Shown here: one piece after another, positions 8,459 through 17,407 of the stretch | Numbering within the stretch: the first letter of the stretch is position 1 | Layout of the letters: each line of letters starts with the position of its first letter | DNA from: Gemmatimonadota bacterium | GTDB taxonomy: Bacteria > Latescibacterota > UBA2968 > UBA8231 | Reading direction: 5' to 3' | Assembly: GCA_038128265.1 (NCBI GenBank) | Contig: JAYPJE010000012.1 | Location: 37,333-92,606, forward strand | Length of the DNA: 55,274 nt | Made by a program: the position numbers and the translations under genes | Notes under the pieces: generated by a model | Told to the model about the DNA's origin: nothing | The model's database searches: none | The model's input: only the letters and a program-made list of their open reading frames with translations

Positions 8459-10789
8459 ATGTATTACTCGACGTACTTCGACACGCACCCATGGCCCAAT
8501 CGCCTCGGACGACTTGTGCTGAGCGCCATTTTTTTCTGGTGCTTCAGCTCTGCCAATGCGGAGGAACTGCGCTTTAACGGCGCGGCGGCGTGGCGCGCGT
8601 GGAACCTACCCGAAGGGCTGATCGAATTCGACGCACAGGGGGCATTGCATTTGGTGCAGTACGACAGCTATATCGAGGCCGTTGCTACGGCGCGCTCGTA
8701 CCAGCATCAGACCTCGGAGCGCGGCGTGCGGCGAGGCGGCATTTGGCAGGTGGGTTCGGGTGCGGCTACGGCGGCCCGTGCGATCGATGGCGATGCGAGC
8801 ACCTACTGGCAACCGAGTGCGCGCGACGGCCTGCTCGATTGGCGCATAGAAGTGGACCTGGGCCGCGCGGTGCTGGCGCAGGAAGTGGTGCTGCGCTTTC
8901 CCGACCAGCCGGGGGCGCGTCCATTCCGCCAGTTCGACGTCTACGTCAGCGCGGGCAGCCGCTTTCGCGGGCGCAGCGACGACGTCTTTATTCACCAGCA
9001 AATATACGAGACGACGCTGCCCAACCGCGCGACGGAGATACGCATACCGCTGTCGTTTGAGTTGGCCGATACGCTCATTGTGCTGGACGAAGAGGTCGAC
9101 ATCGAGCCGCTCAAAAACTTCTTGCCGGTTCAGTATGTGCGGCTCGAAGCGAGTGCGCTGAGCGAGGAGGCGGCCCTGGCCGAAATTGAGGTGCGCGGCA
9201 TGGGGGGCAGTATCGGTCCGGGGACGCTGGCCCGCGGCGGAACCATCAAGGGCGGCGAGCGGGCCAGCAGCATATTCAATGCCATCGACGGCGATATGGA
9301 TACGCGCGTCTCGCTGCGCAGGGGGCCCATCGTCGACAATAGCTGGCGGGCCAGCGGCATGTGGTTGCAGGTGGATCTGGGCGCCGAGTTTTGGGTCGAT
9401 CGCCTGTTTCTTTCCCCCCTGCGCTCTATCTTTGCGCTGAGCACGGCCCAGCGCCTGCTAGTCGAGGGTGAAAACGCCGGCCTGTCGACGTTTTTAGTCG
9501 AAGACGGCATTGTCGGCAACTACGACCATTTCTTCTATGCGTTCCGTCCGCGCAAAATACGCCATCTGATTTTTCACAGCCTCGACGAAGTCGACTGGGG
9601 AGGCAGCATAGACGAGTTTATGATTTACGCGACCGGTCATCCGGCCGAAGTCGTGCTGCGCTCCGACTACATCGACCTGGGACAGATCGCCGGCGACGGG
9701 CGCGCCAAGGCCATTAGCAACCTTAGCTGGAGTGCCGAACTGCCGCTGGGTACGCGCATTCAGCTGCGCTCGCGCTCGGGCGATACGCTGCGCGAGGAGT
9801 ATACGTTCTACGACCGCAAGGGAGACGTCGTTACGCAGCGCACATGGAACAGCACGCCCAACGTTCTGCGCGGTCCCATAGACTCGGCTCTCGTCGTCTC
9901 GAACGACTGGGACGAGTGGAGCAATGTGTATCAGTTCTCCGGCGAGTCATTCAAGTCGCGGACGCCGGCCCGACTCGTGCAGTTGGAGGCGATTCTCGCC
10001 ACCGATGACCCGCAGGTTGCGCCCGTGCTGCGCCATCTGACGGTCCATTTCAGCGGTGCGTTGGTTCAGGAAGCGCTGGGACGCTTGCTGCCTCGTCAGG
10101 TTGAAGCCAACCAGCCGGTGCGCTTTAGCTACGTGCTGTGGCCGCAAAGCGATGGAGACGATCGCGGCTTTAATCGACTTAGAATTGCCGTGCCTGGCCC
10201 GGTTGATCGCGCCGATATCGCGCTCTCTATTGGCTCGGCGCCCGTGCAGCCGACCGATGTGTATGTCGAGGCCGATTCGCTGCTCTATGTGCAGCTGCCC
10301 AGTGCGGTCAAGACGGATTCGCTGCGCATTGAGTTTGTAGCGCGGGTGCTGCAAAATGCGACTCGGTTTGCCGTGCATTTGGGCCACGAACTCGAGCCCA
10401 CTATTTGGCAGGCTGTTACGCCCTTGGAGCGACATGCCGACGTGGTGTTCACGCCCGGCTTGGTCGGGCTGGGGCCCACCATCGACGATTTAGATATCAC
10501 GCCGATGGTGCTTACGCCTAATGGCGATGGTATCAACGACCGGATTGCTATTCGCTTTGCCGTTCTAAATGTGCAAGGGGGCTCGCCGCGCGTGCGCATT
10601 TGCGATTTGAGCGGTGCGTGCATCGCAGAGTTAGAGCGCGGCGTCGGGCGCGGCGTTGCCGAGTATAGTTGGGACGGGCGCGATGCGGCCGGCCGGCCCG
10701 CTGCACCCGGTCTCTACATCTGCACAGTGGAAGTAGAAGCGAACGCGCAGACGGCGCGCGTAGCTCGCGCTATTACCGTGGCATACTAG
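8459..10789 (+). CDS. Secreted multidomain protein with discoidin/F5-8-like modules and a C-terminal FlgD-Ig/CHU_C-like domain
   Basis: Signal-like segment ending SSANA-EE. Two AIDGD...VDLG discoidin-type motifs. C-terminal TPNGDGIND...WDGRD..G....GLY. Confidence 0.8.
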   Translation: MYYSTYFDTHPWPNRLGRLVLSAIFFWCFSSANAEELRFNGAAAWRAWNLPEGLIEFDAQGALHLVQYDSYIEAVATARSYQHQTSERGVRRGGIWQVGSGAATAARAIDGDASTYWQPSARDGLLDWRIEVDLGRAVLAQEVVLRFPDQPGARPFRQFDVYVSAGSRFRGRSDDVFIHQQIYETTLPNRATEIRIPLSFELADTLIVLDEEVDIEPLKNFLPVQYVRLEASALSEEAALAEIEVRGMGGSIGPGTLARGGTIKGGERASSIFNAIDGDMDTRVSLRRGPIVDNSWRASGMWLQVDLGAEFWVDRLFLSPLRSIFALSTAQRLLVEGENAGLSTFLVEDGIVGNYDHFFYAFRPRKIRHLIFHSLDEVDWGGSIDEFMIYATGHPAEVVLRSDYIDLGQIAGDGRAKAISNLSWSAELPLGTRIQLRSRSGDTLREEYTFYDRKGDVVTQRTWNSTPNVLRGPIDSALVVSNDWDEWSNVYQFSGESFKSRTPARLVQLEAILATDDPQVAPVLRHLTVHFSGALVQEALGRLLPRQVEANQPVRFSYVLWPQSDGDDRGFNRLRIAVPGPVDRADIALSIGSAPVQPTDVYVEADSLLYVQLPSAVKTDSLRIEFVARVLQNATRFAVHLGHELEPTIWQAVTPLERHADVVFTPGLVGLGPTIDDLDITPMVLTPNGDGINDRIAIRFAVLNVQGGSPRVRICDLSGACIAELERGVGRGVAEYSWDGRDAAGRPAAPGLYICTVEVEANAQTARVARAITVAY

Positions 10790-10843
10790 TCGTCCGTGGC
10801 AATAACTGGATGAGATCTGCGCGGGCAGTTCTATGAGGAGACG

Positions 10844-11575
10844 GTGAGTTTGAAATGCACGACGCCCGAGTGGCACCAGCAGCTAACGTCAACCAATAGC
10901 GTGCTGATAGAGCGCGTGCGCAGCGGCGCGGCGTTGCCCGATGGTTTTGTGCTGGCTGCGCGCGAGCAAACGGCTGGACGGGGCCGCTCCGATCGGCGCT
11001 GGGTTTCCCAAGCGGGGCGCGACCTCACCTTTTCTTTTTTGCTGCGCGGTCCCATCGACTTTCCGCACATTGCGTCGCTGCCCATGGCCTCGGTGTTAGG
11101 CGTGGCCGAAGCGCTAGAAGCGCTGGGGCTAGCCGTGCATACAAAATGGCCCAACGACCTGCTAGTTGAGCGTCGCAAAATCTGCGGCGTGCTCGCCGAG
11201 AGCTGCGCGGCCGATACCGTTGTCGTCGGCATCGGGCTCAATGTAAACATGCGCAGGGAAGAGGCGGACAGCATCGGTAGGCCGGTTACGTCCATTGCCA
11301 TGGAAACGGGTGAGGAATACGACGTGCAGGAGACGTTGGGCTTTGTCCTACCGCCTATAGAGCGCTGGATTAGCCGCTGGCGTGCGCGCGGATTTTTCGG
11401 TCTGCGCGCGGCGTGGATACAGCGCTGTGCAAACGTGGGCGAGTATGTGGAAGTCGGTGACGGGGAGGAGCGCAGGACGGGTGTCGTTGTGGGCTTTGGC
11501 GAGGCCGGCCAGATGCTGCTGCGCGAAGACGACGGCCGTCAGAGCGAAGTGTGGGTTGGGGATGTGGCGTCCTGA
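10844..11575 (+). CDS. birA: Biotin--protein ligase (class I, no HTH)
   Basis: STN, QTAGRGR, KWPND, KICGVL and GIGLNV motifs. Adjacent to a biotin-dependent decarboxylase. Confidence 0.93.
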   Translation: MSLKCTTPEWHQQLTSTNSVLIERVRSGAALPDGFVLAAREQTAGRGRSDRRWVSQAGRDLTFSFLLRGPIDFPHIASLPMASVLGVAEALEALGLAVHTKWPNDLLVERRKICGVLAESCAADTVVVGIGLNVNMRREEADSIGRPVTSIAMETGEEYDVQETLGFVLPPIERWISRWRARGFFGLRAAWIQRCANVGEYVEVGDGEERRTGVVVGFGEAGQMLLREDDGRQSEVWVGDVAS

Positions 11576-11585
11576 ACGCCTTTGC

Positions 11586-13391
11586 CTAATCCAAGCAGGC
11601 TAGCACGTCGCCGGCCGCGACCTGACTGCCCGCCGCTACCGAAATTTCGGTGATGGTGCCAGCAAAAGGTGCGGTAATTTGCACTTCCATTTTCATTGCT
11701 TCCAGCACCAATATGCCCTCTCCGCTCTCAACGCGGTCGCCGACCTGGGCCAATAGGCGAATAACCTTGCCCGGCATTTCGGCTTTTACTTCTGCGCCGC
11801 CGCTCGTCTGGCCCGTACTGTTTGCGTCCGTGCCGTTGCTTTTTGCGCCCATTGATACGCTGTAGCTGCGCCCGTTAACCGTAGCCGTCTCGCCGCTGAT
11901 GGCTACGCTGTAGTCGCGTCCGTCGACGTGAACCGTGTAGTGTGCTGGGCCGCCCGTCGGTGCGGTGGTGGCGGTACTTTCGGCTCGCTCCACTTTGCGC
12001 ACGCCAACCTCTCCTTTGCCCTGGAGAAAGTCGAGTCCCTTGTCCTTACAGGTGGATACGATAAAGATATTTTCTTCCGTCTCTTCCAGCCCCACATCGC
12101 GCAGCTGTCGGCGCGCGGCCTCAACGCCCTTGTTTGGATCGGCGTCGTTGCGTTCCAGCGGAGGCTGTGTAGTCGGCTCCAAGCCGAGCTGCTCGGCTGC
12201 TATGCGGACGACTTCGGGGTCGGCTGGCACGGGCGTCTTGCCAAAGTAGCCCAAGACCATTTGCCCGTAGGGTTCGGCAATGCGCTTCCAAGGACCAAAC
12301 ATCACGTTGTTAAAGGCCTGCTGAAAGTAGAACTGCGAAACTGGCGTGACCGACGTGCCAAAACCACCCTTTTCAACGACTTCGCGCATGGCCTTTATCA
12401 TGTCGGGGTACTTTTCCATGATGCCGTTGTCGCGCAGCATCTGCGTGTTGGCCGTCAGCGCGCCGCCGGGCATTGGGCTCCAGGGAATCATCGGCTCGAC
12501 GGCAACGGCTTCGGGCGGCAGGAAGTAATCGGCCATGCACTCTTTGAACACTTCTTCGGCATCGCGGACTTTGTCGATGTCGACGTCGAGATCGTAGTCG
12601 GAGCCGCGCAGCGCGTGCCACATGACGATGACGTCCGGTTGGCAAGTGCCACCCGAGCAGGGAGCCAAAGACAGGTCGATGGCATCAGCGCCGGCATCGA
12701 GCGCGGCCTGGTTTGACACTACGCCGATGCCGGCTGTCTCGTGCGTGTGAAAGTGAATTAAAGTGCCCTCTGGCAGCATGGCGCGCGCGCGCTTAATCGT
12801 CTCGTGCACTTTGGCCGGCACGGCGGTGCCCGACGCGTCTTTAAAGCAGACGGAGTCGTAGGGAATACCGGCGTCGAGAATGGCGCGCAGGGTGTTCTCG
12901 TAGAAGTCGGCATCGTGTGCGCCCTCGCAGCCGGGCGGCAGCTCCATGAGAGTGACGCAGACCTGGTGGTGCAGTCCGGCGTCGACGATGCACTGCCCGG
13001 AGTAGATCAAATTATGGACGTCGTTGAGCGCGTCGAAATTGCGAATGGTAGAGATGCCGTGCTTTTTGAACAGGTCCGCATGCATTTTTACGATGTCGCT
13101 CGACTGCGATTCTAGGCCAACGACGTTCACGCCGCGCGCCAGCGTTTGCAGGTTGGCATCGGCACCTGCCGTGGCGCGGAAGGCGTCCATCATGGCGAAG
13201 GCATCTTCGTTGCAGTAAAAGTAGAGCGATTGAAAGCGCGCACCGCCGCCCGCTTCGAAATAGTCAATGCCGGCGTCGCGCGCCGCCTCTAGGGCGGGCA
13301 AAAAGTCTTTCGTGAAAACGCGGGCTCCGTAGACGGATTGGAAGCCGTCGCGGAAGGCAGTGCACATAAAGCGGACTTTTTTCTTTGTCAC
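11586..13391 (-). CDS. oadA: Oxaloacetate decarboxylase alpha-like carboxyltransferase with biotin carrier
   Basis: FRDGFQS, GGGARF, FKDASG, HTHET and MPGG carboxyltransferase motifs. C-terminal biotinyl motif EAMKM. Confidence 0.9.
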   Translation of the reverse strand: MTKKKVRFMCTAFRDGFQSVYGARVFTKDFLPALEAARDAGIDYFEAGGGARFQSLYFYCNEDAFAMMDAFRATAGADANLQTLARGVNVVGLESQSSDIVKMHADLFKKHGISTIRNFDALNDVHNLIYSGQCIVDAGLHHQVCVTLMELPPGCEGAHDADFYENTLRAILDAGIPYDSVCFKDASGTAVPAKVHETIKRARAMLPEGTLIHFHTHETAGIGVVSNQAALDAGADAIDLSLAPCSGGTCQPDVIVMWHALRGSDYDLDVDIDKVRDAEEVFKECMADYFLPPEAVAVEPMIPWSPMPGGALTANTQMLRDNGIMEKYPDMIKAMREVVEKGGFGTSVTPVSQFYFQQAFNNVMFGPWKRIAEPYGQMVLGYFGKTPVPADPEVVRIAAEQLGLEPTTQPPLERNDADPNKGVEAARRQLRDVGLEETEENIFIVSTCKDKGLDFLQGKGEVGVRKVERAESTATTAPTGGPAHYTVHVDGRDYSVAISGETATVNGRSYSVSMGAKSNGTDANSTGQTSGGAEVKAEMPGKVIRLLAQVGDRVESGEGILVLEAMKMEVQITAPFAGTITEISVAAGSQVAAGDVLACLD

Positions 13392-13413
13392 GTATCACGT
13401 CCTTTTTTCGCGC

Positions 13414-14541
13414 TTATCCAACCAGCACAGACCATAGGATACCCGCGGCGACAGCCGAGCCTATGACGCCGGCGACGTTGGGAGCCATCGCGTGCATGAG
13501 CAGGAAGTTCTGCGGATCTTCCTGCTGGCCGATCATCTGTACTACCCGCGCCGAGTCGGGCACGGCCGAAACGCCGGCGGCCCCAATGAGGGGGTTAATT
13601 TTATCCTCTAGGAACAGATTCATAAACTTGGCGAAGAGCACGCCGCAGGCTGTAGCCACGGCAAACGACGTGGCGCCGAGGGCGAAGATGAGCAGCGAAT
13701 TGGGCGTTAGAAAGGTCTGCGCCTGCGTCGAGCAGCCTACAGAGAATCCGAGCAAAATGGTCACGATATCGATTAGGGCGTGACGCGCGGTGTCGGCTAG
13801 GCGTTCGGTAACGCCGCTTTCCTTGAGTAGGTTGCCGAAGAACAGCATGCCGATTAGTACGATGGCTCCGGGGGCGATGAGGGCGCAGATCAGAAAAGCG
13901 GCAATGGGGAAGATGATTTTCTCGCGCTGGGAAACGGCGCGCGGCGCCTTCATGCGTATTAGGCGCTCTTGGCGCGTAGTGAGGAGCTTCATAATGGGGG
14001 GTTGAATAACCGGTACCAGTGCCATATAAGAGTAGGCGGCTATGGCTATGGCCCCGAGCAGGTGCGGTGCCAGCTTGGCAGAGAGAAAGATAGCTGTCGG
14101 GCCATCGGCGCCACCGATGATACCTATGGCGCCGGACTCGGTGGGCGTGAAGCCCAGGTAGAGTGCGCCGATCAGCGTTAGAAAAATGCCCATCTGCGCC
14201 GCCGCGCCTAGGAGCACGAGGCGCGGATTAGACAGCATCGTAGAGAAATCCGTCATTGCGCCAATGCCCAAGAAGATCAGCGGAGGAAAAATGCCCTGGC
14301 TGACGCCGTAGTATATGTAGTTGAGCACGCTGCCTTCGTCGTAAACACCCACCGACATACCGGCGACCGGGGGAATATTGCCGACGATACAGCCAAACCC
14401 AATGGGCAAGAGCAGCAGTGGTTCGTAGTCTTTGCGAATCGCCAGGCCAATGAAGATCATGCCGATGGCGATCATCGTGAGGTTGCCGGCGGATATATTT
14501 GCCACGCCGGTAGTTTTTAAAAACTCCAGCAGAATGCTCAT
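13414..14541 (-). CDS. oadB: Na+-translocating decarboxylase beta subunit
   Basis: EPLLLLPIGFG, FPPLIFLGIGAMTDF, IIGGADGPT, AYSYMALVP and NFLLMHAMAPN. Confidence 0.96.
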   Translation of the reverse strand: MSILLEFLKTTGVANISAGNLTMIAIGMIFIGLAIRKDYEPLLLLPIGFGCIVGNIPPVAGMSVGVYDEGSVLNYIYYGVSQGIFPPLIFLGIGAMTDFSTMLSNPRLVLLGAAAQMGIFLTLIGALYLGFTPTESGAIGIIGGADGPTAIFLSAKLAPHLLGAIAIAAYSYMALVPVIQPPIMKLLTTRQERLIRMKAPRAVSQREKIIFPIAAFLICALIAPGAIVLIGMLFFGNLLKESGVTERLADTARHALIDIVTILLGFSVGCSTQAQTFLTPNSLLIFALGATSFAVATACGVLFAKFMNLFLEDKINPLIGAAGVSAVPDSARVVQMIGQQEDPQNFLLMHAMAPNVAGVIGSAVAAGILWSVLVG

Positions 14542-14810
14542 GCGCGCCCCGCCGTGTGACTGTGCAGCGCATAGGCAGCAGCTGCAACTGCGGCTTCCTC
14601 GTCGTCGCCCTGCTGGGCGCGTGCCTTGGGCGGAGCGTGGTGGTGTACTTCTGGGATGTAGCGGTTAATAATGACGAGAGCGCGTGGAAGGACCGCGATA
14701 AATGCGCTGACCATCGACAGAACGGTAAAGACGATGGTCATACCAGTGAGAGCGAGCGCAATTCCCTGTCCATCTAGGACATTCTGATAGCTAAAGCTAA
14801 ATTCGAACAT
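14538..14810 (-). CDS. oadG: Na+-translocating decarboxylase gamma subunit
   Basis: Single TM with GMTIVF, His/Pro linker and AAVAAAAYALH tail. Overlaps the oadB start. Alternative start 14825. Confidence 0.85.
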   Translation of the reverse strand: MFEFSFSYQNVLDGQGIALALTGMTIVFTVLSMVSAFIAVLPRALVIINRYIPEVHHHAPPKARAQQGDDEEAAVAAAAYALHSHTAGRA

Positions 14811-14914
14811 AGCCGTGAAAACCAACTCCTATCAGATGTGTTGTGCATAGTGCATACACAAACACACAATATGCAATCTTTCCGCCGATGCCGATATAGG
14901 GCACGGCCATATTT

Positions 14915-17395
14915 TTATCGCCCCCCTCTCGGTCGGAAAATCGGAAAAATTCGGGTATTTCCATCGTCGTCATGAACACAGCTGGCAAGCAACTCTTCGG
15001 GACTGGCCGCAAATAATTGGCTCGTGCGGCCGACGGTGTGCAGATACTTTTCCCCGGTCTGGAGAGGCTCGCCTTCTTCCACATCGCCTAGCTGATGGTT
15101 GGCCTGCATGCGCATCTGCGCGAACGCGCGCAGCTCGAGCAAATCCAAGTACTGGCCATCTTCGTATCCTTCGACATAGAGCAGCTTTCCGTCTGTCCCC
15201 ACGCGCACATAGTAGGCGCTGAGCGCACTGTGGCCGCTTAGGGCACCAACGCTCACGACGGATATAGATAGGCGCGGGCGCGCTGCATGGCGCCGCTTTT
15301 CCGGCTGTATCGTGAAGCAGGAAAAGAGCACTGCACGCAGCGAGGTCTGCAATTTCTTGATGACCTGGCGCGGCTGATGGCGTTCGCGTAAAACGGACCA
15401 GACGCGCTGGCATATATAGGTGCAGGCGCGCTGAAAAATGGGCCCAAACTGTTCGGATGCCAGCAGGTCTTCGGGCAGGCTGTCTACTTCGCAGCCGTCG
15501 CTTTCTATATCCAGAAATTCGAGCGGGCTGTCGGTAATGGCTGCTTCTAGCGCCTGCGGCGACGCGAGCTGTGCGCTGCCGCGCAATTCTTCTGCATAGC
15601 CGCATGCATCATCCAAGACCTTCTTGACGAAGGCGGCATTGCCAAAGGCTTCGAGCAGGGCGCGCGTGTCGCTTTCGGCCTGGGCGAGCGGTGCTTCTAA
15701 CGCTTGGGTATCGGCAAGGTGCATTATGCCGCCAATGCTTTTGAGCCGCTGTAGCTCGACCATTTGCTGTGTGTATTGGTCCGGGTAGTGGTGGCCCAGC
15801 AGGTAGTTTAAGCGCAGGGTCTCCAAGCGCCACAAACAGGCACAGGCGTGGTCAAATACTATTTCCAGTGGTCCGAGCTGGCGCTCCGTTGGTTGCAGAG
15901 TCTTATGGCCAGCAGTCGTTAGGTTGATAATGCCGGTAAGAACGGCGTTAAAGCTGCGGTTTCTGGCCGGCTGAGCGGGAATGTGCAGGCTGCTCTTGAG
16001 GCCGATAAACTGCGCAGTGCCGCGAATGAGGCGAAAGCTCTGGTTGGCGGGTGCGTCGGCCGTAGCCAGTTCGGCCGCCAAACCAGGGCAGTCCTCGATT
16101 TGGCGCGACGGATCGACAAAAAGGCGCCAGACGCGCTCGTCGCCGTGCTCTACCGCTTTTAAGAGCTGGCCGAGCTGATGGGCCTTCTCGTTGAATTCAG
16201 CGACGGAGGTAGCGCCAATAACATGTGTAATATCGGTGGGATCCAGCTGAAATGTGCGCGCAGGCTCCGCGTCTTCTCCATCCTGCGGCTCGTCGCTCGC
16301 TTCCACCGCATCGTCTTCTACTTTTGGTCTGGTCGTTTCGCTATTATCGCTGTCATCGCTGTCCAAGGGGTTGTGGCTGCGCACGCTTATACTGGGTTCG
16401 TCTGCATCAAGCGGCTCATCGGCAGCTGAGCTATAGCTGTCCTGCGGCACTCCGCGCTGCGCACGGGCTCGGCTATAGGTTGCTCCGCCGGTGCTGCGCG
16501 TGGAAGGTTTGTGAACGCGCAGCACGCGTTGACTATCGATAGCGCGGTCGCGCTCGGCAGCGATTTCCTCTGCTTCCTCAAAAGAAGGAATCGGCGTGTT
16601 GATCGGGTCGAAGTGCTTGATGATGTCTGCGCGCTCGTCGAGGACTTTTAGCGCGACGGCCGCCCCTTCGCGCTGCACTTCCGATGCACGCGCAGTGTAT
16701 ATGGCGTCGAGCGCTATGCGAAAATCGACCATAAACCGGTCCATCGGCTCTATTTCTTCCACTGCTTCAACGCCGTCGTCCTGCTCTGGCGGCGCGTTGC
16801 GTACCTCTGGTTCCGACAGGCTATTCCAGCACTCGCGCACGGCTCTTGCAAAAGACCGGCTCTTTACATGCTGTGCGCCGATCTGGACGATTTTATCCAC
16901 CGATGAGTCGCCGCGCACGACAATATTCAGCACGTCGCTCAGTGCGACGTTTTCTTTGTTGAGGACTTTTACGACGAGGATCATCTTGCATACGTCGGCG
17001 ACAAACTGGTCGATCTGTGGTCCTGGAAAAACGCCATCAGTGCCGTTGTAGATGTGCATGTGATAGAAGGCAAATAGGTGGCCCACCACCTTGCCCCGAC
17101 TCAGCTGATCGTCGTTTAGCCGTTCTAAAAAGCGCAACACGGCAATGAGCGAGGCGATTTCTTCCTTGAAATCTAGTATGTCGATGTGCAGTCGTTCGGC
17201 GCGCAGCTGAAGAATGGAGGAAAGCGGCGGCAGCCTGCGCGTGGCAATGAAAATGGGGTCGCCTATTTCATACCACACATCGGCGACGTCTTCGGCGTTG
17301 AGACCAAAAACGTGTGCCCACTGGCGCCACTGCGTGGCGGAGATGTGGCTCTGTGACTGCAGGCGGATGTAATACCCGCCATCCTGAGAAGACAT
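14915..17395 (-). CDS. Hypothetical 826-aa protein with a central acidic low-complexity linker
   Basis: Long ORF filling the gap between co-oriented genes. No family recognised. Confidence 0.75.
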   Translation of the reverse strand: MSSQDGGYYIRLQSQSHISATQWRQWAHVFGLNAEDVADVWYEIGDPIFIATRRLPPLSSILQLRAERLHIDILDFKEEIASLIAVLRFLERLNDDQLSRGKVVGHLFAFYHMHIYNGTDGVFPGPQIDQFVADVCKMILVVKVLNKENVALSDVLNIVVRGDSSVDKIVQIGAQHVKSRSFARAVRECWNSLSEPEVRNAPPEQDDGVEAVEEIEPMDRFMVDFRIALDAIYTARASEVQREGAAVALKVLDERADIIKHFDPINTPIPSFEEAEEIAAERDRAIDSQRVLRVHKPSTRSTGGATYSRARAQRGVPQDSYSSAADEPLDADEPSISVRSHNPLDSDDSDNSETTRPKVEDDAVEASDEPQDGEDAEPARTFQLDPTDITHVIGATSVAEFNEKAHQLGQLLKAVEHGDERVWRLFVDPSRQIEDCPGLAAELATADAPANQSFRLIRGTAQFIGLKSSLHIPAQPARNRSFNAVLTGIINLTTAGHKTLQPTERQLGPLEIVFDHACACLWRLETLRLNYLLGHHYPDQYTQQMVELQRLKSIGGIMHLADTQALEAPLAQAESDTRALLEAFGNAAFVKKVLDDACGYAEELRGSAQLASPQALEAAITDSPLEFLDIESDGCEVDSLPEDLLASEQFGPIFQRACTYICQRVWSVLRERHQPRQVIKKLQTSLRAVLFSCFTIQPEKRRHAARPRLSISVVSVGALSGHSALSAYYVRVGTDGKLLYVEGYEDGQYLDLLELRAFAQMRMQANHQLGDVEEGEPLQTGEKYLHTVGRTSQLFAASPEELLASCVHDDDGNTRIFPIFRPRGGR

Positions 17396-17407
17396 CCGCG
17401 CTCTCCG

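Noticed and set aside
14872..14888. Possible sigma54 promoter for the oad operon (TCGGCGG-AAAGA-TTGCA on the minus strand)
   Set aside because: Spacing fits but the -24 element deviates from TGGCAC, so it is too weak to call.
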